Positions 26,431-38,267 of a stretch of DNA of 64,000 nucleotides are shown one piece after another; position 1 is the first letter of the stretch; each line of letters begins with the position of its first letter. Location: contig CM059432.1 in assembly GCA_030390025.1 (NCBI GenBank), positions 130,388,001-130,452,000 of the forward strand, written 5' to 3'. The translations under genes and the position numbers were made by a program. Source of the DNA: Squalus acanthias (lineage: Eukaryota). Under the pieces are notes generated by a model that did no database searches, had not been told where the DNA came from, and worked only from the letters and a program-made list of their open reading frames with translations.

Positions 26431-27484
26431 AGGGTAAATGCCTTCAGGAGGAGGAGGAGAATGGAGAAAACTGGCAGGAGGAGGAGAAAAGTTTTTTTTT
26501 AATTTAGGAAAGGAAAATGCCATTACAACTGCAAGCCTATTCTTTTTTCATAGATCAACGCCACCGTTACAAATTGAGGTCTGCGTATACATGTTCTTAT
26601 GTTCAGTAGCATTGGTTGCTCCCGTAAGCAGTTTGAGCACCTTACTTTTATGGGCGTTGACTTACACTGTCCTAAATCTACCTGCAAGATAGTGGGACTT
26701 GGGTGCATAACAATGAAACACCCTTGAGGTCTGGACTGGATCTCTTATTCACTTGTATGTCTTCAATTGCACCGACAGCATACCGAGTTACCACTAGATG
26801 GAGCAAAGTTTGGTTTCATTCATAAACTACTTAATTCCACAATGAAGTGAAATTATGATTAGACTTGCTTAGTTCAACTGGTACAACGCATTTGTGTAAT
26901 TGTACAAAATACAGTACACGTGACGCTATCCCACTTTGGTGGATCGTCTTACTTAGTTTAGATACAATAATCTCTCTTGTGTTCTGCCCTGCAGTCCTGG
27001 GGCAGAATCACTTTCCTTTCGCAGGTTTTTGCTGCCTGACTGACTGTGCAACCCGTTTCCAAAAACCAGACTGCCTTCCTTGATGTCTGTATTCTGCTTT
27101 ATTACTGACTGTTGACAGTCAGGAAGAGATCAACAACCCACCCCCCCACCCAAATACAATGGGTGCAAGGTATTTATTTCTTACAGAAGCACCTCTGACT
27201 TTGGATTCACAACCTACTGGGGTTGTCCTGAGAAATTAACCACTGTAAAAACAAGCTTCAACTCAAAACACACATTTTAAAATAACTCATATCGCGATCC
27301 TTTCTTTAGAAACGGAATCTGAAACTCGATACTCTCATCATCCGCCTTCTCACCATAACCCTTAATCACTTCTCTCTCCAGAAATGCATACGGTTATCTC
27401 TGGAAACAAATTTAAACTCACTGGTCTAGTGGCCTTCCCTGAAAACTTATTCCAGAACTTTGCTACCCTTGAAGCGCAAAATGG

Positions 27485-27770
27485 GAACATAGGAACAGGA
27501 GAAGGTCATTTAGCCCCTCAAGTCTGGTCTGCCATTTAATTAGATCGTGGTTGATCTGTACTTCAACTCCATTTACCCACCTTTGCTCCATAGTCCTCGA
27601 TACCCTAACAAAAATCTATCGATCTCAGTCTTCAAAATTTCAATTGAGCCAAACATCCAGTATTTCGGGGAGAAAATTCCATATTTCCACTACCCTTTGT
27701 GTGGAAAAAATGCTTCCTGATTTTACTCCTAAATGGCTTAGTTTTAATTTTAAGATTATGCCCCCTTCTC
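27485..27770 (-). mobile_element. CR1 3' end fragment
   Basis: aacataggaacaggagaaggtcatttagcccctc and ttccactaccctttgtgtggaaaaaatg (reverse complement of the FxTQRVV..WN region). Confidence 0.65.
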
Positions 27771-28054
27771 AAGTTTTAAACTGTTGTGCCCTGATATTTG
27801 AACCTCCACCGTAGTAAATAATTTGCTTGGATCAATTTTGGCACTGCCCTTCAGAATGCTGACAGTCTACAATTAAATCACCTCGAAGTTTGCTCTTGTC
27901 CAAAGCACAACTTCCTTAATCTTTCCTAATAACTTCAATCTGATATTTTTCTACTTAATTTCCTTAACATAATGATTTGCATAATGCATGAACATAAGGA
28001 TTAACGTAATACATTTTTATAATGATTTTAAAGAAGAAAAATATCGTAAAGAAC

Positions 28055-28392
28055 ACTCTCGGCTGAGTCAGAAGGTTGTGAGTTCAAGCCCCACACCAGA
28101 GACTTTATTGCAGTACTGTGGGAATTCTGCACTGTCGGATATGCCGTCTTTTGAAAGAGGCCTCTTCTACCCTCTCAGGTGGATGTAAAAGATCCCAAAG
28201 CACTATTCGAAGAGGAGCAGGGTCGTTCTCCCAGTCTCCTAGCCAACAGTTATCCCCAAACCAACACCTAAAACAGATGATCTAGTCATTTATTTCATTG
28301 CTGTTTGTGGAATCTTGCTGTGCGCAAATTGGCTGCTACGTTTCCTATATTACAAGAGTGACAACACTTCAAAAGTACTAAATTGGCTGTAA
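28055..28392 (+). mobile_element. DeuSINE-like SINE
   Basis: ctgagtcagaaggttgtgagttcaagccccac...cagtactg...gtaaaagatccc...gctgtgcgcaaattggctgc. Confidence 0.75.
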
Positions 28393-28409
28393 ATTTCAAT
28401 GGAATTCCA

Positions 28410-28830
28410 AACTGTGGGGCTTAGGTGACCGCTGATGGTGGAGCAAAGGGATGCGGGCAATGTACAAGAGTGCCGGAGTCAAAGGAACGAAGAGTTCCAG
28501 CAGGGGAGTTGTAGCGCTGGAGGTTACACTGATAAGGAGGGGTGAAGCGATGAAGTAATTTAAACATGAGAATTTTATATTTGAGGCGCTGGGGACTGGG
28601 AACTAATCAATGTTCCCTCTAAGCTGCCCAGCTGCGCAGCTGTCTGCCAGTCCTGCGCAGCCCGGGACTGGCTTTTCCAATGTGAAATTTCATGCATGCG
28701 TGAAACTTTGAATGGGCTGCGCAGCCGGTTAAAGGGACCGCGCACCCAAAAAAGAGGGGGAACATTGGAACTAATGTACGTCAGTGATGAACTTGGTGCA
28801 GGATAGGATCTGGGCAACAGATCATTTAAT
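28410..28830 (-). mobile_element. L2 LINE fragment hosting a MITE
   Basis: Similar to 43430-43720 (catgagaattttatatttgaggcgctgggg versus gatgagaattttaaaattgaggtgttgctgg). Confidence 0.6.
28608..28767 (+). mobile_element. hAT-type MITE (160 bp)
   Basis: TIRs caatgttccc / gggaacattg; perfect 8-bp TSD gaactaat at 28600-28607 and 28768-28775. Confidence 0.88.
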
Positions 28831-30286
28831 ATACAGTTCCCTCGGCTAAGCCTCATTTAAAACTGTTGTTCAAAGATGTGTGACAATAGCAGAGAGTGAC
28901 TAGCATGCAATTACCCTCTCTCCTTGTGTGGGGATTTGCCAAGCTTCCGCTTTGCACCGTCTCAATAACATAGTTCAGATGAGGAAGTCACAATGCTGAC
29001 AATCATAGGTGGAACCCACGCCCGACCAACCCATGGTATTGGGTTTTAGAGCACAAAATCAATGAGTCATTTTGACTTAATAAGAGAGAAAATCTCTGCT
29101 TTAAGTAAGTGAAATTACATCTCTTCCACTGCAGTTAATTGTTGGATTGTGACACAGAAACAAACTGGTTCCATATAACATAAAACAAAATGGCAGTATA
29201 AAATACATGCATATGCTCACACACACCTAAACCTGGCCAATTGTAGTACCCCAAATGTGCTCTGACTGAGCCAACTCAGTACAGACCAGGAACTGAACCT
29301 GTCTCTGTCTGGCTTAATCCTAAACTAGGCTATGCCTTTATTCATCAAGCAATCGGGAAAACCATTTCCTCTAGTTCTAATAAATTAGCGTGGTGATAAG
29401 CATTTGTAAATTGGGTAACAGTAACCAGTTAAATTTTAATCCAGATTTAAATTTGTCAACATTTCCAAAGAAAACTACTGTGCGGTTGGAGGTTGATGAA
29501 GTTCATGTACAATGGTAATACAGGTTGCACAATTTCTGTTTGAGGAATCAAATTAGCTGGGTCTGCTGTTTTAAAATAAAGACAGCAATACTGAGCATGA
29601 ATTTTTGCTACATAAATCAGTTTAGCAACATCCTGAAAATCAGTTTAAAACAAAATCTGGCAGGGGGTGAACAGAAATAGTAGCTCTCTTGATTTTGAGA
29701 GAGAAAAGGAAGGCTTATGTTGCAACATGTACTGACAAAAGTGTTGGAATTTAATTCAAATATTTGCCAAGTGTTCCTTTCATTTCTCAAAGGTACTTTC
29801 TGACAAAATCTGATTACACAAGAGTTCAGTTGTTCAAAGAATAGTTCATCTTAAACTGTGAAAATCCCTCGAGTAGTATTTAACTTCTAACAGTTGGTTT
29901 TGAGAACGAACCAAGATGAACTTTATTTCCGAGATCAGTTGTCATTAAGGAGGGAAACTCTCCCCCAAAAATACTTACGTAGAATGCGCAATACATACTG
30001 CAGACAATTACATGCAAGATCCTAACTGTTTGTGGGAAGGCAAGGAGACAGATATCAATATAGCTACATTTTTCTCAAATTTAGTGGGTCTCCTGCAGTA
30101 TTGTACACAGGAAGTCAAGACCAATTGTCGTCTTTAGTTGAAGCAAGCTTAGGGGCGGGGGATAACTGGACCAGAACATGCAGTAATTCAGTCATCATTT
30201 TAAAGTCATACATTGTGACCTTATTTTGATACAATACTCTGATTTTATATTATAGTTATATAGCAAAACGTATCGCAGTTTGGGAA

Positions 30287-33200
30287 TTCATAGAGTCATA
30301 GAATGGTTACAGCACAGAAGGAGGCCATTCGGCCCGTCGAGGCTCTCTGCAGAGCAATTCAGCTAGTCCCACTCCCCCGCCTTTTCCCCGTAGCCCTGCA
30401 CATTTTTTTCCTTCAGGTACTTATCCAACTCCCTTTTGAAAGCCACAATTGAGTCTGCCTCCACCACCCTTTCAGGCAGTGCATTCCAGATCCTAACCAC
30501 TCGCTGCGTAAAAAAGTTTTTCCTCATGTCGCCTTTGGTTCTTTTGCCAATCACCTTAAATCTGTGTCCTCTGGCTCTCAACCCTTCCACCAATGGGAAC
30601 AGTTTCTCTCTATCTACTCTGTGTAGACCCCTCATGATTTTGAGCATCTCTAGTAAATCTCCTCTCAACCTTCTCTGCTCTAAAGAGAACAACTCCAGCA
30701 TCTCTAGTCAATCCACGTAACTGAAGTCCCTCATCCCTGGAATCAATCTCGTAAATCTTTTCTGCCTCTCTAAGGCATTCACATCCTTCCTAAAGTGCGG
30801 TGCCCAGAATTGGACACAATACTCCAGTTGAGGCCGAACCAGTGTTTATAAAGGTTCATCATAACTTCCTTGCTTTTGTACTCTCTGCCTCTATTTACGA
30901 AGCCCAGGATCCCGTATGCTTTTTTAACCACTTTCTCAACCTGCCCTGCCACCTTCAACGATTTGTGCACATATACCCTCAGGTCTCTATGCTCATGCAC
31001 CACCTTTAGGATTGTGCCCTTTAGTTTATATTGCCTCTCCTTGTTCTTCCTACCAAAATGTATCACTTGCACTTTTCTGCGTTAAATTTCATCTGCCACG
31101 TGTCCACCCATTTCACCAGCCTGTCTATGTCTTCTTGAAGTCTATCACTATCATCCTCACTGTTCACTATACTTCCAAGTTTTGGGTCAGCTGCAAATTT
31201 TTGAAATTGTGCCCTGTACACCCAAGTCCAAGTCATTAATATATACCAAGAAAAGCAGTGGTTCTAGTACTGACCCCTGGGGAACCCCACTGTGTACCTT
31301 TCTCCAGTCCAAAAAACAACCGTTCAGCACTACTCTCTGTTTCCTGTCACTTAGCCAATTTCGTATCCATGCTGCCACTGTCCCTTTTATTCCATGGGCT
31401 TCAACTCTGCTGGCAAGCCTATTATGTGGCACTTTATCAAACGCCTTTTGGAAGTCCATGTACACCACCTCAACCGCATTTCCCTCATCAACCCTCTCTG
31501 TAACCTCATCAAAAAACTCAATCAAGTTAGTTAAACATGATTTGCCTTTAACAAATCCATGCTGGCTTTCCTTAATTAATCCACACTTGTCCAAGTAACT
31601 GTTAACTTTGTCCCTGATTATCATTTCTAAAAGCTTCCCCACTACCAAGGTTAAACTGACTGGTCTGTAGTTGCTGGGTTTATCCTTGCACCCTTTTTTG
31701 AACAATGGTGTAACATTTGCAATTCTCCAGTCCTCTGGCCCCACCCCTGTATCTAAGGAAGATTGGAAGATTATGGCCAGTACCTCCACGATTTCCTCCT
31801 TAACTTCCCTCAGCATCCTAGGATGCATCCCATCCGGTCTTGGTGACTTATCAACTTTAAGTACAGACAGCCTTTCTAGTACCTCCTCTTTAACAATTTT
31901 TATCATATCAAGTATCTCCACTACCTCCTCTTTCACTATGACTTTGGCAGCATCTTCTTCCTTGGTGAAGACAGATGCAAAGTATTCATTTAGTATCTCA
32001 GCCATGCCCTCTGCTTCCATGCGTAGATCCACTTTTTGGTGCCTAATCGGCCCCACCCCTCCTCTTACTGCCCGTTTATTATTTATATGCCTATAGAAGA
32101 CTTCTGAATTCCCTTTTATGTTAGCTGCCAATCTATTCTCATACTCTCTCTTTGCCCCTCTTATTTTCTTTTCCACTTCCCCTCTGAACTTTCTATATTC
32201 AGCCTGGTTCTCACTTGTATTCTCAACCGGACATCTATCACACGTGCTCTTTTTCTGCTTCATCTTACTTTCTAGCTCTTTCGTCATCCAGGGAGCTCTG
32301 GCTTTAGTTGCCCTACCTTTCCCCCTCGTGGGAATGTACCTCGACTGTACCCGAACCATTGCCTCTTTAAAGGCAGCCCATTGTTCGATTACAGTTTTGC
32401 CTGCCAATCTTTGATTCCAATTTACCCGGGCCAGATCCATTGACAACCACTGAAATTTGCCTTCCTCCAATTAAGTATTTTTACTCCAGATTGCTCCCTG
32501 TCCTTTTCCATAGCTAATCTAAACCTTATGATACTATGATCACTGTTCCCTAAATGTTCACCTACTGACACTTGCTCCCTAAATGTTCACCTACTGACAC
32601 TTGCTCCACTTGACCCACCTCATTTCCCAGAACCAGATCCAGCAATGCCTCCTTCCTCATTGGGCCAAAAACGTACTGATCAAGAAGGTTTTCCTGAACA
32701 CACTTCAGAAATTCTTCCCCCTCTCTGCCCTTTACACTATTACTATCCCAGTCTGTATTAGGATAACAGAAGTCCCCCATTATCACTACTCTGTAGTTCT
32801 TGCACCTCTCTAATTTCCCTGCAAATATGCTCCTCTATATCTTTCCCACTAGTTGGTGGCCTTTGGAATACACCTAGTCATGTCATGGCACCTTATTATT
32901 TCTCAACTCTAACCTAATAGATTCTGTCCTTGACCCCTCCAGGACATCCTCTCTTTCCAGCACTGTAACATTCTCCTTAACCAATACTGCCATCCCACCT
33001 CCTTTCTTTCCTTCCCTCCCTTATCTTTCCTGAACACCTTATATCCAGGAATATTTAGTACCCAATCCTGCCCTTTTTTGAGCCAGGTTTCAGTTATCGC
33101 CACAACATCATATTTCCATGTGGCTATTTGCGACTTCAGCTCACCAAAACCTTATTTATCACGCTTCCTGCATTTACACACATGCACTGTAAACCTATCT

Positions 33201-33835
33201 CAGACCTTCTTGAATTCTCTCTTAGTCTGACCCCACCTAATACCTTACTATTTGTACTAGTGCTATCTGTCTCTCCCAATCCTTTGTTTCTCCTTTCTAA
33301 TGCTACATCCTGGTGCCCATCCCCCTGCCAAATTAGTTTAATCCCTCCCAACAGCACTAGCAAACGCCCCCCGCCGCGAGGACATTGGTTCTGGCTCGGT
33401 TGAGGTGCAACCCGTCCGGCCTGTACAGGTCCCGCCTCCCCCAGAACCGGTCCCAATGTCCCAGGAATCTGAAGCCCTCCCTCCTGCACCATCTCTCCAG
33501 CCACGCATTCATCTGCTCTATCCTCCTATTTATATACACACTAGCTCGTGGCACCGATTACTACGTTTGAGGTCCTGCTTTTAATCTCTTTCCTAGCTCC
33601 CTAAAATCTGCCTGCAGGACCTCATCCCTCTTTCTACCTATGTCGTTGGTACCATTATGGACCACTACCTCTGGCTATTCACCCTCAGAATATTCTGCAG
33701 CCGCTCAGTGACATCCTTGACCCTGGCACCAGGGAGGCAACATACCATCCTGGAGTCACGTCTGCGGCCGCGGAAATGCCTGTCTGTTCCCCTAACTATC
33801 AAATCCCCTACCACTATTGCTTTCCTGATCTTCCT
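30287..33835 (-). mobile_element. Near full-length CR1 LINE: ORF1 (SGNH-like) end, APE endonuclease, RT and 3' tail; frameshifted
   Basis: ORF1 NAWLERWCRREGFRFLGHW...DGLHLN; endonuclease AITETWL and IMGDF; RT in 31187-32470; tail attctatgactctatga. Confidence 0.95.
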
Positions 33836-34009
33836 CTTTGGAGCACTAGAGCGCTACTGGCAGTGGGACGTAATCACACCGTACGTTTACATAGACAGTT
33901 TCCATTATAAACTGGAGCATTGGAATTTATAACTGAAAAAAGGTTGGCACAGAAGGGTGGGAATCATGGCCAAGGACACTTTCCAGGTAAGGAGAAGGAG
34001 TGTGAGACA

Positions 34010-34112
34010 GGGAGGGAGTGAGACGGTGGGAGAGAGAGTGAGAGAGAGAAAGAGGTGGAAGAGAGAGATGGGAGAGAGAGATGGGAGAGAGAGATGGGAG
34101 AGAGAGAGAGAT

Positions 34113-34160
<48 letters not shown>

Positions 34161-34408
34161 AGAGTGGGAGAGAGAGAGAGAGAGAGGTGGGAGAGAGAGA
34201 GAGAGAGAGGTGGGAGAGAGAGAGAGAGAGAGAGGTGGGAGAGAGAGAGAGAGAGAGGTGGGAGAGAGAAAGAGAGAGGTGGGAGAGAGAGAGAGAGAGG
34301 TGGGAGAGAGAGAGAGAGAGGTGGGAGAGAGAGAGAGAGAGGTGGGAGAGAGAGAGAGAGAGGTGGGAGAGAGAGAGAGAGAGAGGTGGGAGAGAGAGAG
34401 AGAGAGGT

Positions 34409-34476
<68 letters not shown>

Positions 34477-34494
34477 AGAGAGAGAGAGAGGTGG

Positions 34495-34555
<61 letters not shown>

Positions 34556-34564
34556 AGAGAGAGA

Positions 34565-34600
<36 letters not shown>

Positions 34601-34759
34601 AGAGAGAGAGAGAGAGAGAGGTGGGAGAGAGAGGTGGGAGAGAGAGAGAGAGAGAGGAGGTGGGAGAGAGAGAGAGAGAGGTGGGAGAGAGAGAGAGAGA
34701 GAGGTGAGAGAGAGAGAGAGAGAGGTGGGAGAGAGAGGTGGGAGAGAGAGAGAGGTGGG

Positions 34760-34790
<31 letters not shown>

Positions 34791-34871
34791 AGAGAGAGAG
34801 AGAGAGGTGGGAGAGAGAGAGAGAGAGGTGAGAGAGAGAGAGAGAGAGAGGTGGGAGAGAGAGAGAGAGGT

Positions 34872-34909
<38 letters not shown>

Positions 34910-34966
34910 GGTGGGAGAGAGAGAGAGAGAGAGAAAGAGGTGGGAGAGAGAGAGAGAGAGAGAGGT

Positions 34967-35006
<40 letters not shown>

Positions 35007-36368
35007 AGAGAGAGAGGTGGGAGAGAGAGAGAGAGGTGGGAGAGAGAGAGAGAGAGAGAGAGAGGTGGAAGAGAGAGAGGTGGAAGAGAGAGAGAGAGGT
35101 GGGAGAGAGAGAGAGAGAGGTGGGAGAGAGAGAGAGAGAGGTGGGAGAGAGAGAGAGAGGTGGGAGAGAGAGAGAGAGAGGTGGGAGAGAGAGAGAGAGA
35201 GAGGTGGGAGAGAGAGAGAGAGAGGTGGGAGAGAGAGAGAGAGAGAGAGAGGTGGGAGAGAGAGAGGTGGGAGAGAGAGAGAGAGAGAGGTGGGAGAGAG
35301 AGAGAGAGGTGGGAGAGAGAGAGAGAGAGGTGGGAGAGAGAGAGAGAGAGGTGGGAGAGAGAGAGAGGTGGGAGAGAGAGAGAGGTGGGAGAGAGAGAGA
35401 GGTGGAAGAGAGAGAGAGAGGTGGGAGAGAGAGAGAGGTGGGAGAGAGGGAGAGAGAGAGAGAGAGAGAGAGAGGTGGGAGAGAGAGAGAGAGGTGGAAG
35501 AGAGAGAGAGAGGTGGGAGAGAGAGAGAGAGAGAGAGAGAGGTGGGAGAGAGAGAGAGGTGGGAGACAGAGAGAGAGAGGTGGGAGAGAGAGAGAGAGGT
35601 GGGAGAGAGAGAGAGAGAGAGAGGTGGGAGAGAGAGAGAGAGAGAGAGAGGTGGGAGAGAGAGAGAGAGAGAGAGGTGGGAGAGAGAGAGAGAGGTGGGA
35701 GAGAGAGAGAGAGAGGTGGGAGAGAGAGGTGGGAGAGAGAGAGGTGGGAGAGAGAGAGAGAGGTGGGAGAGAGAGGTGGGAGAGAGAGAGAGAGAGAGAG
35801 AGGTGGGAGAGAGAGAGAGAGAGGTGGGAGAGAGAGAGAGGTGGTGAAGAGAGAGAGAGGTGGTGAGAGAGAGAGAGGTGGTGAGAGAGAGAGAGGTGGT
35901 GAGAGAGAGAGAGGTGGTGAGAGAGAGAGGTGGTGAGAGAGAGAGAGGTGGTGAGAGAGAGAGAGGTGGTGAGAGAGAGAGAGGTGGTGAGAGAGAGAGA
36001 GGTGGTGAGAGAGAGAGAGGTGGTGAGAGAGAGAGAGGTGGAGAGAGAGAGAGAGGTGGTGAGAGAGAGAGAGAGGTGGTGAGAGAGAGAGGTGGTGAGA
36101 GAGAGAGATGGTGAAGAGAGAGAGAGGTGGTGAAGAGAGAGAGAGGTGGTGAAGAGAGAGAGAGGTGGTGAAGAGAGAGAGAGGTGGTGAAGAGAGAGAG
36201 AGGTGGTGAAGAGAGAGAGAGGTGGTGAAGAGAGAGAGAGGTGGTGAAGAGAGAGAGAGGTGGTGAAGAGAGAGAGAGGTGGTGAAGAGAGAGGTGGTGA
36301 AGAGAGAGAGAGGTGGTGAAGAGAGAGAGAGGTGGTGAAGAGAGAGAGAGGTGGTGAAGAGAGAGAGG

Positions 36369-36419
<51 letters not shown>

Positions 36420-36440
36420 TGGGAGAGATGTGGGAGAGAG
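34010..36440 (+). repeat. Compound (GA)n / GGTGG polypurine simple repeat, ~2.4 kb
   Basis: Read directly: (GA)n runs punctuated by ggtgg, later ggtggt and ggtggtgaa. Confidence 0.98.
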
Positions 36441-36817
36441 AAGTTGGGCTCTTTGCTCATTTCCTTGTGTTGTATACAAGCTGTGCTCTCGGCTCGTTTC
36501 GACCCCGCTACCATGAGCTTCACTTAAGTTAAGCAGCTGCCCCATAACGCGCTGAAGCACCTGAACAACGCTCGGCGACCCAGCCCTCATTTGGCACTGA
36601 AGGGGAGGCCACATTGTTGGAGGCAAAATTCCCTGCCACTGCTGCCTGGTGCCTCTCAGGTACACCTGATCGCTGCTCCTGCCCCATGCCTCCCTGACCG
36701 CGCCACGAACAGCTGCCTGACATACAACATGATGCGGAGATGCCGGTGTTGGACTGGGGTGGACAAAATTGAGAGGTCGCACAACACCAGGTTATAGTCC
36801 AACAGTTTTATTTGAAA

Positions 36818-36855
36818 TCACAAGCTTTCGGAGCTATCGCTCCTTCCTCAGGTGA
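36818..36855 (-). ncRNA. Minimal hammerhead motif, left arm
   Basis: Reverse complement of 38230-38267. Confidence 0.75.
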
Positions 36856-38229
36856 AGTAAATTGGATACAGAATCGCCAGAGCATATATAGATGGAAAAA
36901 AAAGCATGTGTACTTTACAATTGCAGACCAATAAATTAAATCATCCTGACTATCTGCCGAGGTGTGATAAAGTTAATTAAGTCAGCCAGGAAGGTACCAC
37001 ATCAAAAGACATAGCAAGATACAACTGAGACAATGAGGTGTAGTCGCAGGGGTTCCAACGTGTCAAAAGCTGCCGTCTGTATGTAAAACGAAAAGCTTTA
37101 AAAAAAATTTACTTTTTTACTGGGAAAATTTTTACTTTTTTACTGGGAATCACATCTGTGAACAAGCTAACGACGGCTCAAGTCCGGATCACGTCATGTA
37201 TCGTGACATAAACCCAAGATCCCGATTGAGACCGTCTTCATGAGTGCGGAACTTGGCTATCAGTTTCTGCTCGATGATTTTGCGTTGTCGTGTGTTTCTA
37301 AGGTTGCCTTGGAGAACGCTTACCCGCAGATCCGAGGCTGAATGTCCTTGACTGCTGAAGTGTTCCCCGACTGGGAGGTAACAATCCTGCCTGGCAATTG
37401 TTGCGCGGTGCTCGTTCATACGTTGTCTCAGTGTCTGCATGGTCTCGCCGATGTACCATGCCACGGTGCATTCTTTCCTGCAACGTATGAGGTAGACAAC
37501 GTTGGCCGAGTCACATGAGTATGTACCATTATAGATGGAAAAAAAAGCTGGAAAAATGGTACATACTCATGTGACTCGGCCAACGTTGTCTACCTCATAC
37601 GTTGCAGGAAAGAATGCACCGCGGCATGGTACATCGGCGAGACCATGCAGACACTGAGACAACGTATGAACGAGCACCGCGCAACAATTGCCAGGCAGGA
37701 TTGTTACCTCCCAGTCGGGGAACACTTCAGCAGTCAAGGACATTCAGCCTCGGATCTGCGGGTAAGCGTTCTCCAAGGCAACCTTAGAAACACACGACAA
37801 CGCAAAATCATCGAGCAGAAACTGATAGCCAAGTTCCGCACTCATGAAGACGGTCTCAATCGGGATCTTGGGTTTATGTCACGATACATGACGTGATCCG
37901 GACTTGAGCCGTCGTTAGCTTGTTCACAGATGTGATTCCCAGTAAAAAAGTAAAAATTTTCCCAGTAAAAAAGTAAATTTTTTTTAAAGCTTTTCGTTTT
38001 ACATACAGACGGCAGCTTTTGACACGTTGGAACCCCTGCGACTACACCTCATTGTCTCAGTTGTATCTTGCTATGTCTTTTGATGTGGTACCTTCCTGGC
38101 TGACTTAATTAACTTTATCACACCTCGGCAGATAGTCAGGATGATTTAATTTATTGGTCTGCAATTGTAAAGTACACATGCTTTTTTTTCCATCTATATA
38201 TGCTCTGGCGATTCTGTATCCAATTTACT

Positions 38230-38267
38230 TCACCTGAGGAAGGAGCGATAGCTCCGAAAGCTTGTGA
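38230..38267 (+). ncRNA. Minimal hammerhead motif, right arm
   Basis: tcac-CTGAGGA-a-GGAGC-gata-GCTCC-GAA-AGCT-T-gtga. Confidence 0.78.

Noticed and set aside
33905..36782. Very long ORFs (659-951 aa; Ser/Leu/Pro-rich or Glu/Arg-rich)
   Set aside because: Artefacts of a stop-free (GA)n repeat; no real protein content.
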